Shown: positions 26,671 to 35,752 of the stretch, piece by piece | Layout: each line of letters opens with the position of its first letter | Position numbering within the stretch: the stretch's first letter is position 1 | Assembly: GCA_022779945.1 (NCBI GenBank) | Contig: JALEYA010000037.1 | Coordinates: forward strand, 1 to 38,530 | Direction: 5' to 3' | DNA: 38,530 nt | Source of the DNA: Oscillospiraceae bacterium | Lineage (GTDB): Bacteria; Bacillota; Clostridia; Oscillospirales; Acutalibacteraceae | Notes under the pieces: model-generated | Told to the model about the DNA's origin: nothing | Database searches by the model: none | Seen by the model: the letters and a program-made list of their open reading frames with translations, nothing else | Position numbers and translations under genes: made by a program

Positions 26671-28110
26671 ATGAAAAATAAACTGTCCGCTGTACTTTTT
26701 GTGTCTGCCTTTCTGATAATCTGCCTGATTCCTTTTGCGTGCATGAGTTTTGCGAAAAGTGACACATCAACCGAAAACAGAAAGTCGGCTTCTTTTCCGT
26801 CGATAAAAACGGAGGATGGCTTCAATTCTGCATATCTTAAGCAGCTTGGGGACTATTTTGACGATCATTTTGCTTTTCGCAGCTTTTTTGTCAATGCCGA
26901 TTCGCTTCTCCAGTCGAAAATATTCGGTACGTCCAGTGTGGAACGAGTTGTTGTCGGAACGGACGGCTGGCTATATTACAGCGATACCCTCGATGACTTT
27001 ACCGGGACGGGGCTTTTAAGCGAACGCGGTCTTTACAATGTTTCGCATAACCTGAAGCTTTTGAAAGACTATGTGGAAAGCTTTGGCAGTGAGTTTATCT
27101 TCACAATTGCACCCAACAAAAACACGCTTTATCCGGACAATATGCCCTATTATTACCGAAAGGCGGATTCTTCGGTTGTGTCCAACGCCGAAAGTCTCAA
27201 GCCTCTTCTTGAAAAGAATAAAATCAAGTATGTCGATCTTTTCGAACTTTTCCGAAGTGAAAAAGAAACGCTTTATTTCAAACGGGATTCTCACTGGAAC
27301 GGAATGGGCGCCGCCAAGGTGTATGATGCGCTGATTGCGGCTTCAAAGACAGACGGAAAAACACTTTCGGAATACAAAATCGTAACCGATGAGACGTACA
27401 TCGGCGATTTGAATCGTATGGTTTATCCGGTGACAGCGAAAGGCGAAACAAATCGTTATTATGATACTGACGGCGCTTTTCATGTACTGACGAAAGATAC
27501 CAATGAGGAGTCCGCATGGATCATGACCGAAAACGAGAAAGCGGATTCAAGCGTTCTGGTTTACCGGGATTCGTTCGGCAATTCGCTGTATTCTCTTTTT
27601 GCGGCAACGTTCGGCAAAGGCTTTTTTTCAAAGGCGACGCCGTACAATGCTCAGGCACAGATGACGCTGTACCGACCCGAAGTGGTGATTTGTGAAAAGG
27701 TGGAGCGAAATCTTTCCGATTTCGCATTTTATCCGCCGGTATTTGCGAGTGTGGAATGTGAACCGATCGGCGAAACTGTCGAAAAGAACGGTGAATGCAG
27801 TGCCGAAATGACCCGCTGTGAAACGAACCCCTCGCTTCTCGAGCTTACGGGTCATGTTGACAGCGCACTTCTTGAAAAGGACAGCGGAATTTTTGCAAGA
27901 GTTCACGACGGTGAAAATACCGTGTGTTATGAAACCTTCGGACTTTCCGACGAAAACGGCGACAACGGATTTAAGCTTGTTCTTGACGAAAGCCATTTTG
28001 AGAACAGCTTGGAAATAGAAATTATCATCAAAACAAAAGGCGGATTTGTTACGGTGCATACCGGACAGTATAATCCGTCGGAAATAGGAGATGTTGACAA
28101 TGAACAGTAA
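26671..28110 (+). CDS. DHHW/AlgJ-AlgX-like SGNH-type O-acyltransferase partner, membrane-anchored
   Basis: An N-terminal TM anchor (LSAVLFVSAFLIICLIPFA) is followed by the motif FKRDSHWNGMGA and a later YRDSFG. It lies immediately downstream of the MBOAT gene. The start is taken at ATG 26671. Confidence 0.8.
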   Translation: MKNKLSAVLFVSAFLIICLIPFACMSFAKSDTSTENRKSASFPSIKTEDGFNSAYLKQLGDYFDDHFAFRSFFVNADSLLQSKIFGTSSVERVVVGTDGWLYYSDTLDDFTGTGLLSERGLYNVSHNLKLLKDYVESFGSEFIFTIAPNKNTLYPDNMPYYYRKADSSVVSNAESLKPLLEKNKIKYVDLFELFRSEKETLYFKRDSHWNGMGAAKVYDALIAASKTDGKTLSEYKIVTDETYIGDLNRMVYPVTAKGETNRYYDTDGAFHVLTKDTNEESAWIMTENEKADSSVLVYRDSFGNSLYSLFAATFGKGFFSKATPYNAQAQMTLYRPEVVICEKVERNLSDFAFYPPVFASVECEPIGETVEKNGECSAEMTRCETNPSLLELTGHVDSALLEKDSGIFARVHDGENTVCYETFGLSDENGDNGFKLVLDESHFENSLEIEIIIKTKGGFVTVHTGQYNPSEIGDVDNEQ

Positions 28111-29182
28111 AAAAACCTTCGGATTGATTGTACTTGTGCTGCTGTTGACTCTGATGCTCTGCTCCTGCTCGTCAAAGCAAGTGAATCTGAGTATCGATGT
28201 CGATTCAAGCGGAACATCGGTTTCGGCGATTGCCGGAGACAGTGTAAGCAAGGTTCTTGCCGATAATCAGGTCGAAATCGGTGAGAATGATATTGTTGAT
28301 CCCGCGCTGGAAGAAACGATCGGTGAAAATTCCGCGTCGATATCGGTCAAAAAATCAAAAACCGTGACCGTTGTCTGCGGAAAAGATAAAAAGACCGTGG
28401 AGCTTGCCGACGGAACCGTTAAGGACGCCGTTGAAAAGTCCGGCTTCAAGGTCGGCAAAGCCGATAAGCTGAATTTCGATGAGACCGAAGCCGTCAAAGA
28501 CGGAATGGAAATCGAGATCAAAAAAGCGGTCACGTTTTATGTAACGCAAAACGGCAAAAAGACGAAATACACCGCTACTGCGACTTCTGTCGGGAAAGCG
28601 CTTTCCGAATGTAAGATCAAGTTTGACGATGACGATATTGTCGAGCCCTCCGCCGACACCAAGCTCAAAAGCAAAATGGAGATCGTTGTCAAAACGGTCG
28701 AAGTGAAAGAGGAAACAAAAACCGTCACGATTCCTTTCTCGACCGAAAAGCAGTATTCATCATCTATGAATTCCGGCACAACAACCGTGTCCAGAAACGG
28801 TTCAAACGGCCAGAAGCAAGTGACATACAAGAATACTTATGTTGACGGAAAGCTCACAGACAGCGATACGGTAAGCGAAAAGGTTGTCAAGAATCCCGTG
28901 AATAAAATTGTCGTATACGGTACCAAGACCACCACAACAAAAGCTACAACCCAAAGAACAACAGCGGCGCGTAAAACGACGGCACCGAAAACCACCGCAC
29001 CCAAAACGACCGTGCCTAAGACCACTGCGCCGAAGACTACGGCTCCCAAAACCACTGCTCCGAAAACGACAAAGGGTAAGACAATCGTTTCCAAGGAAAG
29101 AGTGGAGGACTGTGACGGATCCGGACACGGATACTATATTATCACATATTCCGACGGCTCGGTTGTTTATCAGGACTTTTAA
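28100..29182 (+). CDS. Lipoprotein with DUF348-like repeats, a G5 domain and a Thr/Pro-rich linker
   Basis: The lipobox is LMLC-S. Repeated segments of about 50 aa are present (VTVVCGKDKKTVEL.., VTFYVTQNGKKTKYTA..). The G5-like block runs from TVTIPFSTEKQ to NKIVVYGTK. It is followed by six KTTAP units and a short C-terminal tail. The start at ATG 28100 lies 8 nt after GGAGA and overlaps the upstream gene by 11 nt. Confidence 0.75.
   Translation: MNSKKTFGLIVLVLLLTLMLCSCSSKQVNLSIDVDSSGTSVSAIAGDSVSKVLADNQVEIGENDIVDPALEETIGENSASISVKKSKTVTVVCGKDKKTVELADGTVKDAVEKSGFKVGKADKLNFDETEAVKDGMEIEIKKAVTFYVTQNGKKTKYTATATSVGKALSECKIKFDDDDIVEPSADTKLKSKMEIVVKTVEVKEETKTVTIPFSTEKQYSSSMNSGTTTVSRNGSNGQKQVTYKNTYVDGKLTDSDTVSEKVVKNPVNKIVVYGTKTTTTKATTQRTTAARKTTAPKTTAPKTTVPKTTAPKTTAPKTTAPKTTKGKTIVSKERVEDCDGSGHGYYIITYSDGSVVYQDF
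28973..29068 (+). repeat. Tandem 15-bp coding repeat (KTTAP, about six units)
   Basis: The DNA reads AAAACGACGGCACCG, AAAACCACCGCACCC, AAAACGACCGTGCCT and so on. The units differ mainly at synonymous positions. Confidence 0.85.
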
Positions 29183-29238
29183 TCTTATCGGGAATCCCGA
29201 ATAAGCCCGAATATGTTTAAAAATTTTCGGATGAAATA

Positions 29239-29267
29239 TTGACAAAACCTCAAACTAATTATATAAT
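29239..29267 (+). promoter_or_regulatory. Consensus sigma-A promoter for yceD-rpmF
   Basis: TTGACA (29239-29244), a 17-nt spacer, then TATAAT (29262-29267). Confidence 0.7.
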
Positions 29268-29292
29268 GTTAGACGTTATTATGAGGTGAGTT

Positions 29293-29793
29293 ATGTTTAT
29301 TGCACTTGAAAATCTTTTTAACGGCGGTATCAGCGAGCTTTCACTTGACGGTACGCAGTTTGATTTTTCCCGGGAAAAGCTTAACGGCGGGTTTCCATTC
29401 ACGACGCCTGTTGTTTTAAAGGGAAAGGTTGAAAACCGTGCCGGCGTTGTCAGCATCCGTGCTGTCGCTTCGTTCGATTTCGAAGCGGACTGCGACCGCT
29501 GCGCCGCAAAGGTTAAAAAGCATTTTGATGTGCCGGTTGAGCATGGCCTTGTCAGTGAGCTTCAGAACGAAGACGATCCCGGCGATTTTATCGTTGCGGA
29601 AAATATGCAGCTTGACTTAACACAGCTTATCTTAGAAGACATTTATTTGTACCTGCCGACGAAGTTCCTTTGTCGCGATGACTGCAAGGGCGTCTGTCCG
29701 CAGTGCGGTGCAAACTTAAACGAAACGTCCTGCAATTGCAAAAAGGAGATTGATCCGAGATGGGAAGGCCTCCTTTCGCTTTTGGACGAATAA
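29293..29793 (+). CDS. YceD/DUF177 family protein (large-subunit rRNA accumulation protein)
   Basis: 166 aa. It has the CDRC ... CPQCGANLNETSCNC zinc-ribbon pattern and DLTQLILEDIYLYLP. It is in the conserved position upstream of rpmF. Confidence 0.85.
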   Translation: MFIALENLFNGGISELSLDGTQFDFSREKLNGGFPFTTPVVLKGKVENRAGVVSIRAVASFDFEADCDRCAAKVKKHFDVPVEHGLVSELQNEDDPGDFIVAENMQLDLTQLILEDIYLYLPTKFLCRDDCKGVCPQCGANLNETSCNCKKEIDPRWEGLLSLLDE

Positions 29794-29831
29794 AATGTTA
29801 ACGATTATTATAGAATAAGGAGGTGCTGGTC

Positions 29832-30020
29832 ATGGCAGTACCAAAGAGAAGAGTTTCAAAGGCAAGAAGAGACAAGAGACGCTCCAACGTTTGGAAGCTT
29901 AACGCTCCGACTCTTGTCAGATGCAAGCAGTGCGGCGCTTATTGTGTTCCCCATAAGGTTTGCGGTGAATGCGGTTACTACAACGGTAAGCTTGTCGTTG
30001 CTATGGACAAGGACGACTAA
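29832..30020 (+). CDS. rpmF: 50S ribosomal protein L32
   Basis: The product begins MAVPKRRVSKARRDKRRS and carries CKQCG...CGECG. The ATG follows AAGGAGGTG. Confidence 0.95.
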   Translation: MAVPKRRVSKARRDKRRSNVWKLNAPTLVRCKQCGAYCVPHKVCGECGYYNGKLVVAMDKDD

Positions 30021-30040
30021 GCCTTTGGAAATGTAAACGG

Positions 30041-30071
30041 GGCAGTAAAGCTTCTGCTTTCCTGCCTTTTT
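30041..30071 (+). terminator. Intrinsic terminator after rpmF
   Basis: Stem GGCAG.AAAGC pairs with GCTTT.CTGCC around a TTCT loop. It is followed by TTTTT. Confidence 0.8.
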
Positions 30072-30135
30072 AATGTAAAGGGAGCTGAATTCGACTGTGT
30101 GTTCGGCTCCCTTTGCTTTAAAGGGTGAATAATAT

Positions 30136-31458
30136 ATGTCAGTTTTAATAAGCGAAGTTGTGCCGCGTTCCCCGGCCGATAAAAAGGGAATCAAAAGCGG
30201 CAGTACGCTTCTGAGTATCAACGGTCACGAAATCCACGATGTTCTCGATTATGACTTTTACTCGAACGATACAAAGCTTCATATCGTCCTCAATGATAGC
30301 GGCAGAAATAAAAAAATCACCGTACGAAAAGACGAAGATGAGGATCTGGGACTTTCATTTGAAACCTATCTGATGGATAAGCAGCAGCACTGTAAAAACG
30401 GCTGTATTTTCTGTTTTATCGATCAGATGCCGAAGGGCATGAGAGAGTCGCTTTATTTTAAAGACGACGATTCGAGACTTTCGTTTCTGTTCGGTAACTA
30501 TATCACACTGACCAATCTTTCCGAACGGGATGTCGAGCGGATCATCGAAATGCACATCAGTCCCGTCAACGTTTCGGTTCACACCATGAACCCCGGACTT
30601 CGGGTAAAAATGATGAAAAACAAGAACGCCGGAAAGTCGCTTGAACTTCTGTATCGGCTTGCCGATGCCGGAATCAAGCTGAATACCCAGCTTGTTTTGT
30701 GCCCGGATATTAACGATGGGGAAGAACTCCGGTACAGTCTCGAAAAACTCGGTGAGTTGTATCCGGCGGTGCAAAGCATTGCCGCCGTTCCCGTCGGTCT
30801 TACAAAGTTTCGTCAGTCGCTTTATCCGCTTGCGGGATATACGAAAAAAGGCGCTGAAAACGTTATTGATTGCATCGAAAGCTTTGCCGCCGGCTTCCTG
30901 AAAAAGAACGGAACAAGGCTTGCGTTTGCCGCCGATGAATTTTATCTCAAAGCCGGGCGGAAAATGCCGGCTGACGAGGAATATGAGGATTATCCGCAGC
31001 TTGAAAACGGGGTCGGACTCTGGACAAGCCTTGAAACGGAGTTTGCTCTGGCTCTTGAAGAAGTCGATTTGCCCGACGATTATGCCGAAAAGGTCAGCCT
31101 GGCAACGGGTGAGGCGGCTTATCCGCTGATTTTAAGTCTTTGTGAGGCCGTGAAGCGTAAGTATAAAAACTGCGATATCGATGTATATAAAATTCAAAAC
31201 GACTTTTTCGGCGAGAATATTACCGTCGCGGGACTCATTACCGGGAAAGATCTTATCAAACAGCTTCAGGATAAGAAGCTTCATGCAAGGCTGATTATTC
31301 CGTCGGTCATGCTTCGAAGCGAGGGTGATATGTTCCTTGACAGCGTCACGGTTGAAGAAGCCGAAGAAAAGCTCGGTGTTAAGATTCAGCCGGTTTCCAA
31401 TGACGGATATGAGCTTCTTGATGCAATACTGAATATAGAATACACAGATAACTTATAA
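30136..31458 (+). CDS. DUF512 protein with an N-terminal PDZ-like domain and a radical-SAM-like core
   Basis: 440 aa. The N-terminus ISEVVPRSPADKKGIKSGSTLLSINGHEI is PDZ-like, and the Cys cluster is CKNGCIFCF. Its position upstream of der is typical in Clostridia. Confidence 0.75.
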   Translation: MSVLISEVVPRSPADKKGIKSGSTLLSINGHEIHDVLDYDFYSNDTKLHIVLNDSGRNKKITVRKDEDEDLGLSFETYLMDKQQHCKNGCIFCFIDQMPKGMRESLYFKDDDSRLSFLFGNYITLTNLSERDVERIIEMHISPVNVSVHTMNPGLRVKMMKNKNAGKSLELLYRLADAGIKLNTQLVLCPDINDGEELRYSLEKLGELYPAVQSIAAVPVGLTKFRQSLYPLAGYTKKGAENVIDCIESFAAGFLKKNGTRLAFAADEFYLKAGRKMPADEEYEDYPQLENGVGLWTSLETEFALALEEVDLPDDYAEKVSLATGEAAYPLILSLCEAVKRKYKNCDIDVYKIQNDFFGENITVAGLITGKDLIKQLQDKKLHARLIIPSVMLRSEGDMFLDSVTVEEAEEKLGVKIQPVSNDGYELLDAILNIEYTDNL

Positions 31459-31472
31459 CAGGAGGGGTTTTT

Positions 31473-32798
31473 ATGGCAAGACCTGTTGTTGCGATTGTCG
31501 GTCGACCGAACACCGGCAAATCGACTCTTTTTAATAAGCTTGTCGGTCAGCGTATATCCATCGTTGATAATACGCCCGGCGTTACAAGAGACCGGATTTA
31601 CGGGGACTGCGAATGGCAGTCAAAGCACTTTTTATTGATTGACACCGGCGGAATTGAACCGTATTCAGACGATATCATTTTAAAACAGATGCGCCGCCAG
31701 GCTCAGCTGGCAATTGACAGCGCGAATGTCATCATTCTTGTGACGGATATCCGGACGGGCGTTGTGGCTTCTGACCACGAAGTCGCTTCCATGCTGCAAA
31801 AAAGCGGCAAACCGGTCATACTTTGTGTCAACAAGTGCGATTCAGTCGGTGAAATGCCGGCTGAATATTATGAGTTTTACAATCTCGGCTTAGGTGACCC
31901 GATTGCTGTTTCGGCTGTTCACGGTCACGGCACGGGCGATCTGCTTGATGAAGTGCTCCGATTTCTTCCCGATGCGGAGGAGACCGAAGAGGACGACAAC
32001 ATGATCAAAGTCGCCGTCATCGGAAAGCCGAATGTCGGCAAATCGTCGCTTGTCAATAAGATTTCCGGCGAGGAAAGAGCCATTGTCTCGAATATTGCCG
32101 GCACCACAAGAGATTCGACCGACACCTATGTCACGAACGAAGCCGGTGAATTCCTGTTTATTGATACCGCCGGGCTCAGACGAAAAAGCAGAGTGGACGA
32201 TCAGATCGAAAAATACAGCATTATCCGAGCCAAAATGGCTGTTGAGCGGGCAAATGTCTGTGTTATCATGATTGATGCGGTCGAGGGCTTTACCGAGCAG
32301 GATTCTAAGGTCGCCGGTATTGCGCATGAGATGGGTAAAGCCTGTATTATCGCTGTCAACAAGTGGGACGCTCTCGAAAAGGACGGCAGAACGATGGATT
32401 CTTATCGGAAAAAGCTGATGAACGATTTTTCGTTCATGTCCTACGCACCGATTATTTTCATTTCGGCGAAAACAGGCCAGCGTCTTGACCGGCTGTTTGA
32501 GCTGATTAAGTTTGTTGACGAGCAAAACGCCATGAGAATTTCGACCGGCAAGCTTAACGACGTTCTGGCAAGTGCAACGGCAAGAGTTCAGCCTCCGACG
32601 GACAAGGGCAAGCGTCTTAAAATCTATTACATGACGCAGGCTTCGACACGACCGCCGACATTTGTCTGCTTTGTTAACAGTGCTCAGCTGTTTCATTACA
32701 GCTATCAGCGTTATATTGAAAATCAGATCCGTGAGGTTTTCGGACTCGAAGGAACACCGGTACGCTTTGTTGTCCGGGAAAGGGAGAAAAAACAGTGA
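31473..32798 (+). CDS. der: Ribosome-biogenesis GTPase Der (EngA)
   Basis: Two tandem GTPase domains are present: GRPNTGKSTLFN with DTGG, and GKPNVGKSSLVN with DTAGLR. A C-terminal KH-like domain follows. Confidence 0.95.
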   Translation: MARPVVAIVGRPNTGKSTLFNKLVGQRISIVDNTPGVTRDRIYGDCEWQSKHFLLIDTGGIEPYSDDIILKQMRRQAQLAIDSANVIILVTDIRTGVVASDHEVASMLQKSGKPVILCVNKCDSVGEMPAEYYEFYNLGLGDPIAVSAVHGHGTGDLLDEVLRFLPDAEETEEDDNMIKVAVIGKPNVGKSSLVNKISGEERAIVSNIAGTTRDSTDTYVTNEAGEFLFIDTAGLRRKSRVDDQIEKYSIIRAKMAVERANVCVIMIDAVEGFTEQDSKVAGIAHEMGKACIIAVNKWDALEKDGRTMDSYRKKLMNDFSFMSYAPIIFISAKTGQRLDRLFELIKFVDEQNAMRISTGKLNDVLASATARVQPPTDKGKRLKIYYMTQASTRPPTFVCFVNSAQLFHYSYQRYIENQIREVFGLEGTPVRFVVREREKKQ

Positions 32799-32877
32799 CA
32801 CAAGTCGGTGATTCTGTATTTTGTGTTGAAAAAGACGAAGACAGAGATGTTGAATCGGCAAAAGGAGGATTGCTAAA

Positions 32878-35637
32878 GTGACCGAACTCACTTTACAAAA
32901 CAAAAAAAAGAAAATTTTTTCGAATTATTATTTCGTCTATACTTTACTTTTCATTCTGATTATTTCATTATTGATATTTCTTTTTATCATCAATCAAAAA
33001 AGCCTTGTGCACTGCAGAGACGCATGGTTTCAGCATTATAAGGCGTTGGTTTATTATTCGGATTACCTTAAAACGATTGTTCATAATCTGTTTTCCGGTG
33101 TGCGTCCTGTTGTGCCGCAATGGGATTTCAGCATCGGGTTAGGCTCGGATATCCTGACATCGCTTCACTATTATGCAATCGGCGATCCGCTCAATCTGAT
33201 ATCTGTATGTATCCCGAAAGATAAAATATATATTTTATTTCAGGGCCTGATCTTTGTCAGAAGTTATCTTTCAGGCATTTGCTTTCTTGCTTTTTGCCGT
33301 GTTATGCGCAATAACGATACAATCGCATCTGTAATCGGTGCACTGACTTATTCTTTCGGCGGATATATGCTTTCACGCTCGTTCAAACATCCGTATTTTA
33401 TGAACCCGATGATTTATATTCCGTTGATTTTTATCGGTATTGAATTTGTGATTCAAAAGCGCTCGGTTATCATACTGGCTGTTTCGGTTGCAATAAGTGC
33501 TATGAGCAGCTTCTATTTCTTCTATATGATCGTGATTGTAACCGTTTTCTATGTTTTCCTGCGCCTGATATTTATTTACAAAACCGATATCAAAAGGATG
33601 CTCGTTCCGTTTGTCAAGATAGCGGCCGGCTCCGCAATCGGTGTTTTAATGGGCTGCATCTTACTTTTGCCGGTCATTACGGCGTTTTTGGGCGACGGAA
33701 GAAGAGAACTTTCCGGGTATTACTTCGGGATGTTTTATTCATATAAATACTATTTAAGAATGATTCCCGGGTTTGTTTCTTCTGTTCCGATCGGCGAATC
33801 GACATCGTTTTGCTTCTCGTGTATAACGTTTCTGTGTGTTGTTCTTTTATTTATCAATAAATCAGAAAAAATACAGCTTAAAATTGCCTTTGTCACAGCA
33901 TTTGTCATTCATCTTTTCCCGGCTTTGGGCTATGTGATGAACGGTTTTGCGTATGTGACGAACAGATGGGATTTTATTTTCTCATTTATTGTTTCGTATA
34001 TCGTGGTTGTTACGGTTCCGCTTTTGCGGAAAGTGAATAAAAAGCAGTTTTTAACGCTTTCGGTCAGCTTTGCCGTGTATTTGCTGATATGTGTCATCAT
34101 TAAAGTCGGCGGCGGTATTCATTTGGACTCTTTTGTTGTTTCGGCGGTATTGCTTGCCGTTGTTCTGGTTCTGATGAGTGTTTGCTGCGGTTTTGTCCGT
34201 ATTAAAAATTCGGCCGTGATAAAAGAGAAAGCGTTTATGACTGTGGTTCTTTTTGTGACGGTCATAAGTATTTGTGCAAATACCTGTTGGTGCTTTTCCG
34301 AGACGGGAAGCGACAATATTCTGGCTTTCATTGACAGCTCGCAGATGCCCGCGCTGAAATTTGATATCAATGAAAAGATTTCGCAAGTCAGCCAAAATGA
34401 CACCGATTTTTTCCGATATGACGGCTCGGACGAAAACTCGACCAATTCATCCGTACTTTGCGGTCAGAACGGAATAGGATATTATTGGAGCCTTTCGAAC
34501 CCGGAAATTTCCCGGTTCAGAACCGATTTAAACCTCGGTGAATATCTGACGTACGGGTATCAGGGCTTTGACGGACGTGTGGCGTTTAATGCGCTTGCCA
34601 ATGTTAAATACTACTATTCGTCCGAGCCGAACAATCTGCAAATACCCGCGGGATATACCGCAACCGAAGTTGAAAATGTATATGAAAATCAAAACTATCT
34701 CGGCTTCGGGTATACCTATGACAGCTATATCAACGAAAAAAGTCTGAAGCACTCTGAGCCTGTCGAAATTGAACGGCTTATGCTCAGTACGGCAATTCTC
34801 GATTCGGATCTGAACAATTTCAATCAATATCCGGGAAGACTGAGATCAAAGCTTACGGTGATTCCTTATCGGTTGACCGGCTCCAAAGCGGTTGAAATCA
34901 ATCGGAACGGCTTCTCTTTTTTCAGAAGAGAAAAGGCTTTTTCCGTGCGGTTTAACGCATTACCGCAAAGCGAGACATTTATTCGTTTCAGAGGTCTCAG
35001 ATATGCCAATACCTATGATAAGACGCTCGTCACCGATAACGGCGCAGTAAGAGCGAAAGACGTAAAAAAGAATGAGCTTTACTTTTACGGATATAAAGGC
35101 AATGAGCTTGTTTTCAAAAAGAAATTACTTGTTCCGACCGAAAAATATTATTGGTATTCGGGCCGGACGGATTTTGATATCAATCTCGGCTGTCATGCGG
35201 ATGAGTTTACACGTTTTACAATTGAGTCTTTGGAAGCGGGTACGTTTACTTATGATTCTATGAAAATTATCAGCCGCAGTATTAACGGATACGACAGAAA
35301 GATTGCGCGGCTCAACAGAGATACGCTGAAAAACGTAAAATTTGAAACGAACACCGTCAGCGGCAGTATTTCACTTGACAAACCGAAGCTTCTTTGCATG
35401 AGCATTCCTTATTCTAAGGGCTGGAGTATGTATATTGACGGTGTTAAGACAGAGGCACGGAAAGTGAACTATATGTATATGGGTGCGCTGATTCCCGAGG
35501 GCAGTCACGAAGTCGTGCTTGTATATAGAACGCCGGGACTCAGACTTGGCGCTGTCTTGACGGCGGTCGGCGTGCTTTCCCTGATCGGATGGTGTACCGC
35601 TGAACAGTTCATTAAAAAACGGAAACAAGAAGGATAA
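32878..35637 (+). CDS. YfhO-family polytopic membrane protein (putative glycosyl transferase/flippase-like)
   Basis: 919 aa. About 13 N-terminal TM segments contain HYYAIGDPLNL, then a large extracytoplasmic domain and a C-terminal TM segment. The GTG start lies 8 nt after AAAGGAGGA. Confidence 0.8.
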   Translation: MTELTLQNKKKKIFSNYYFVYTLLFILIISLLIFLFIINQKSLVHCRDAWFQHYKALVYYSDYLKTIVHNLFSGVRPVVPQWDFSIGLGSDILTSLHYYAIGDPLNLISVCIPKDKIYILFQGLIFVRSYLSGICFLAFCRVMRNNDTIASVIGALTYSFGGYMLSRSFKHPYFMNPMIYIPLIFIGIEFVIQKRSVIILAVSVAISAMSSFYFFYMIVIVTVFYVFLRLIFIYKTDIKRMLVPFVKIAAGSAIGVLMGCILLLPVITAFLGDGRRELSGYYFGMFYSYKYYLRMIPGFVSSVPIGESTSFCFSCITFLCVVLLFINKSEKIQLKIAFVTAFVIHLFPALGYVMNGFAYVTNRWDFIFSFIVSYIVVVTVPLLRKVNKKQFLTLSVSFAVYLLICVIIKVGGGIHLDSFVVSAVLLAVVLVLMSVCCGFVRIKNSAVIKEKAFMTVVLFVTVISICANTCWCFSETGSDNILAFIDSSQMPALKFDINEKISQVSQNDTDFFRYDGSDENSTNSSVLCGQNGIGYYWSLSNPEISRFRTDLNLGEYLTYGYQGFDGRVAFNALANVKYYYSSEPNNLQIPAGYTATEVENVYENQNYLGFGYTYDSYINEKSLKHSEPVEIERLMLSTAILDSDLNNFNQYPGRLRSKLTVIPYRLTGSKAVEINRNGFSFFRREKAFSVRFNALPQSETFIRFRGLRYANTYDKTLVTDNGAVRAKDVKKNELYFYGYKGNELVFKKKLLVPTEKYYWYSGRTDFDINLGCHADEFTRFTIESLEAGTFTYDSMKIISRSINGYDRKIARLNRDTLKNVKFETNTVSGSISLDKPKLLCMSIPYSKGWSMYIDGVKTEARKVNYMYMGALIPEGSHEVVLVYRTPGLRLGAVLTAVGVLSLIGWCTAEQFIKKRKQEG

Positions 35638-35643
35638 GCAATT

Positions 35644-35684
35644 GGAGGCGGGAACAACCCGCTTCCGCTTTTTTATATTTTTTG
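35644..35684 (+). terminator. Intrinsic terminator
   Basis: Stem GGAGGCGGG pairs with CCCGCTTCC (one G-U pair). It is followed by GCTTTTTTATATTTTTT. Confidence 0.8.
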
Positions 35685-35694
35685 CTTATTTTGA

Positions 35695-35723
35695 TTGAAC
35701 AAAAGGCTATATTATGCTATAAT
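35695..35723 (+). promoter_or_regulatory. Sigma-A-type promoter with an extended -10 for ruvCAB
   Basis: TTGAAC (35695-35700), a 17-nt spacer, then TGcTATAAT (TATAAT at 35718-35723). Confidence 0.65.
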
Positions 35724-35752
35724 ATACCGATATTAAAATGAGGAAGTATCGC

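Noticed and set aside
26064-28251. Minus-strand ORFs of 253 aa (26064..26825) and 207 aa (27628..28251)
   Set aside because: They are antisense to the MBOAT and DHHW genes, and their composition is typical of shadow frames.
31890-32903. 337-aa minus-strand ORF
   Set aside because: It is antisense to der, which is unambiguous (two GTPase domains). It is a shadow ORF.
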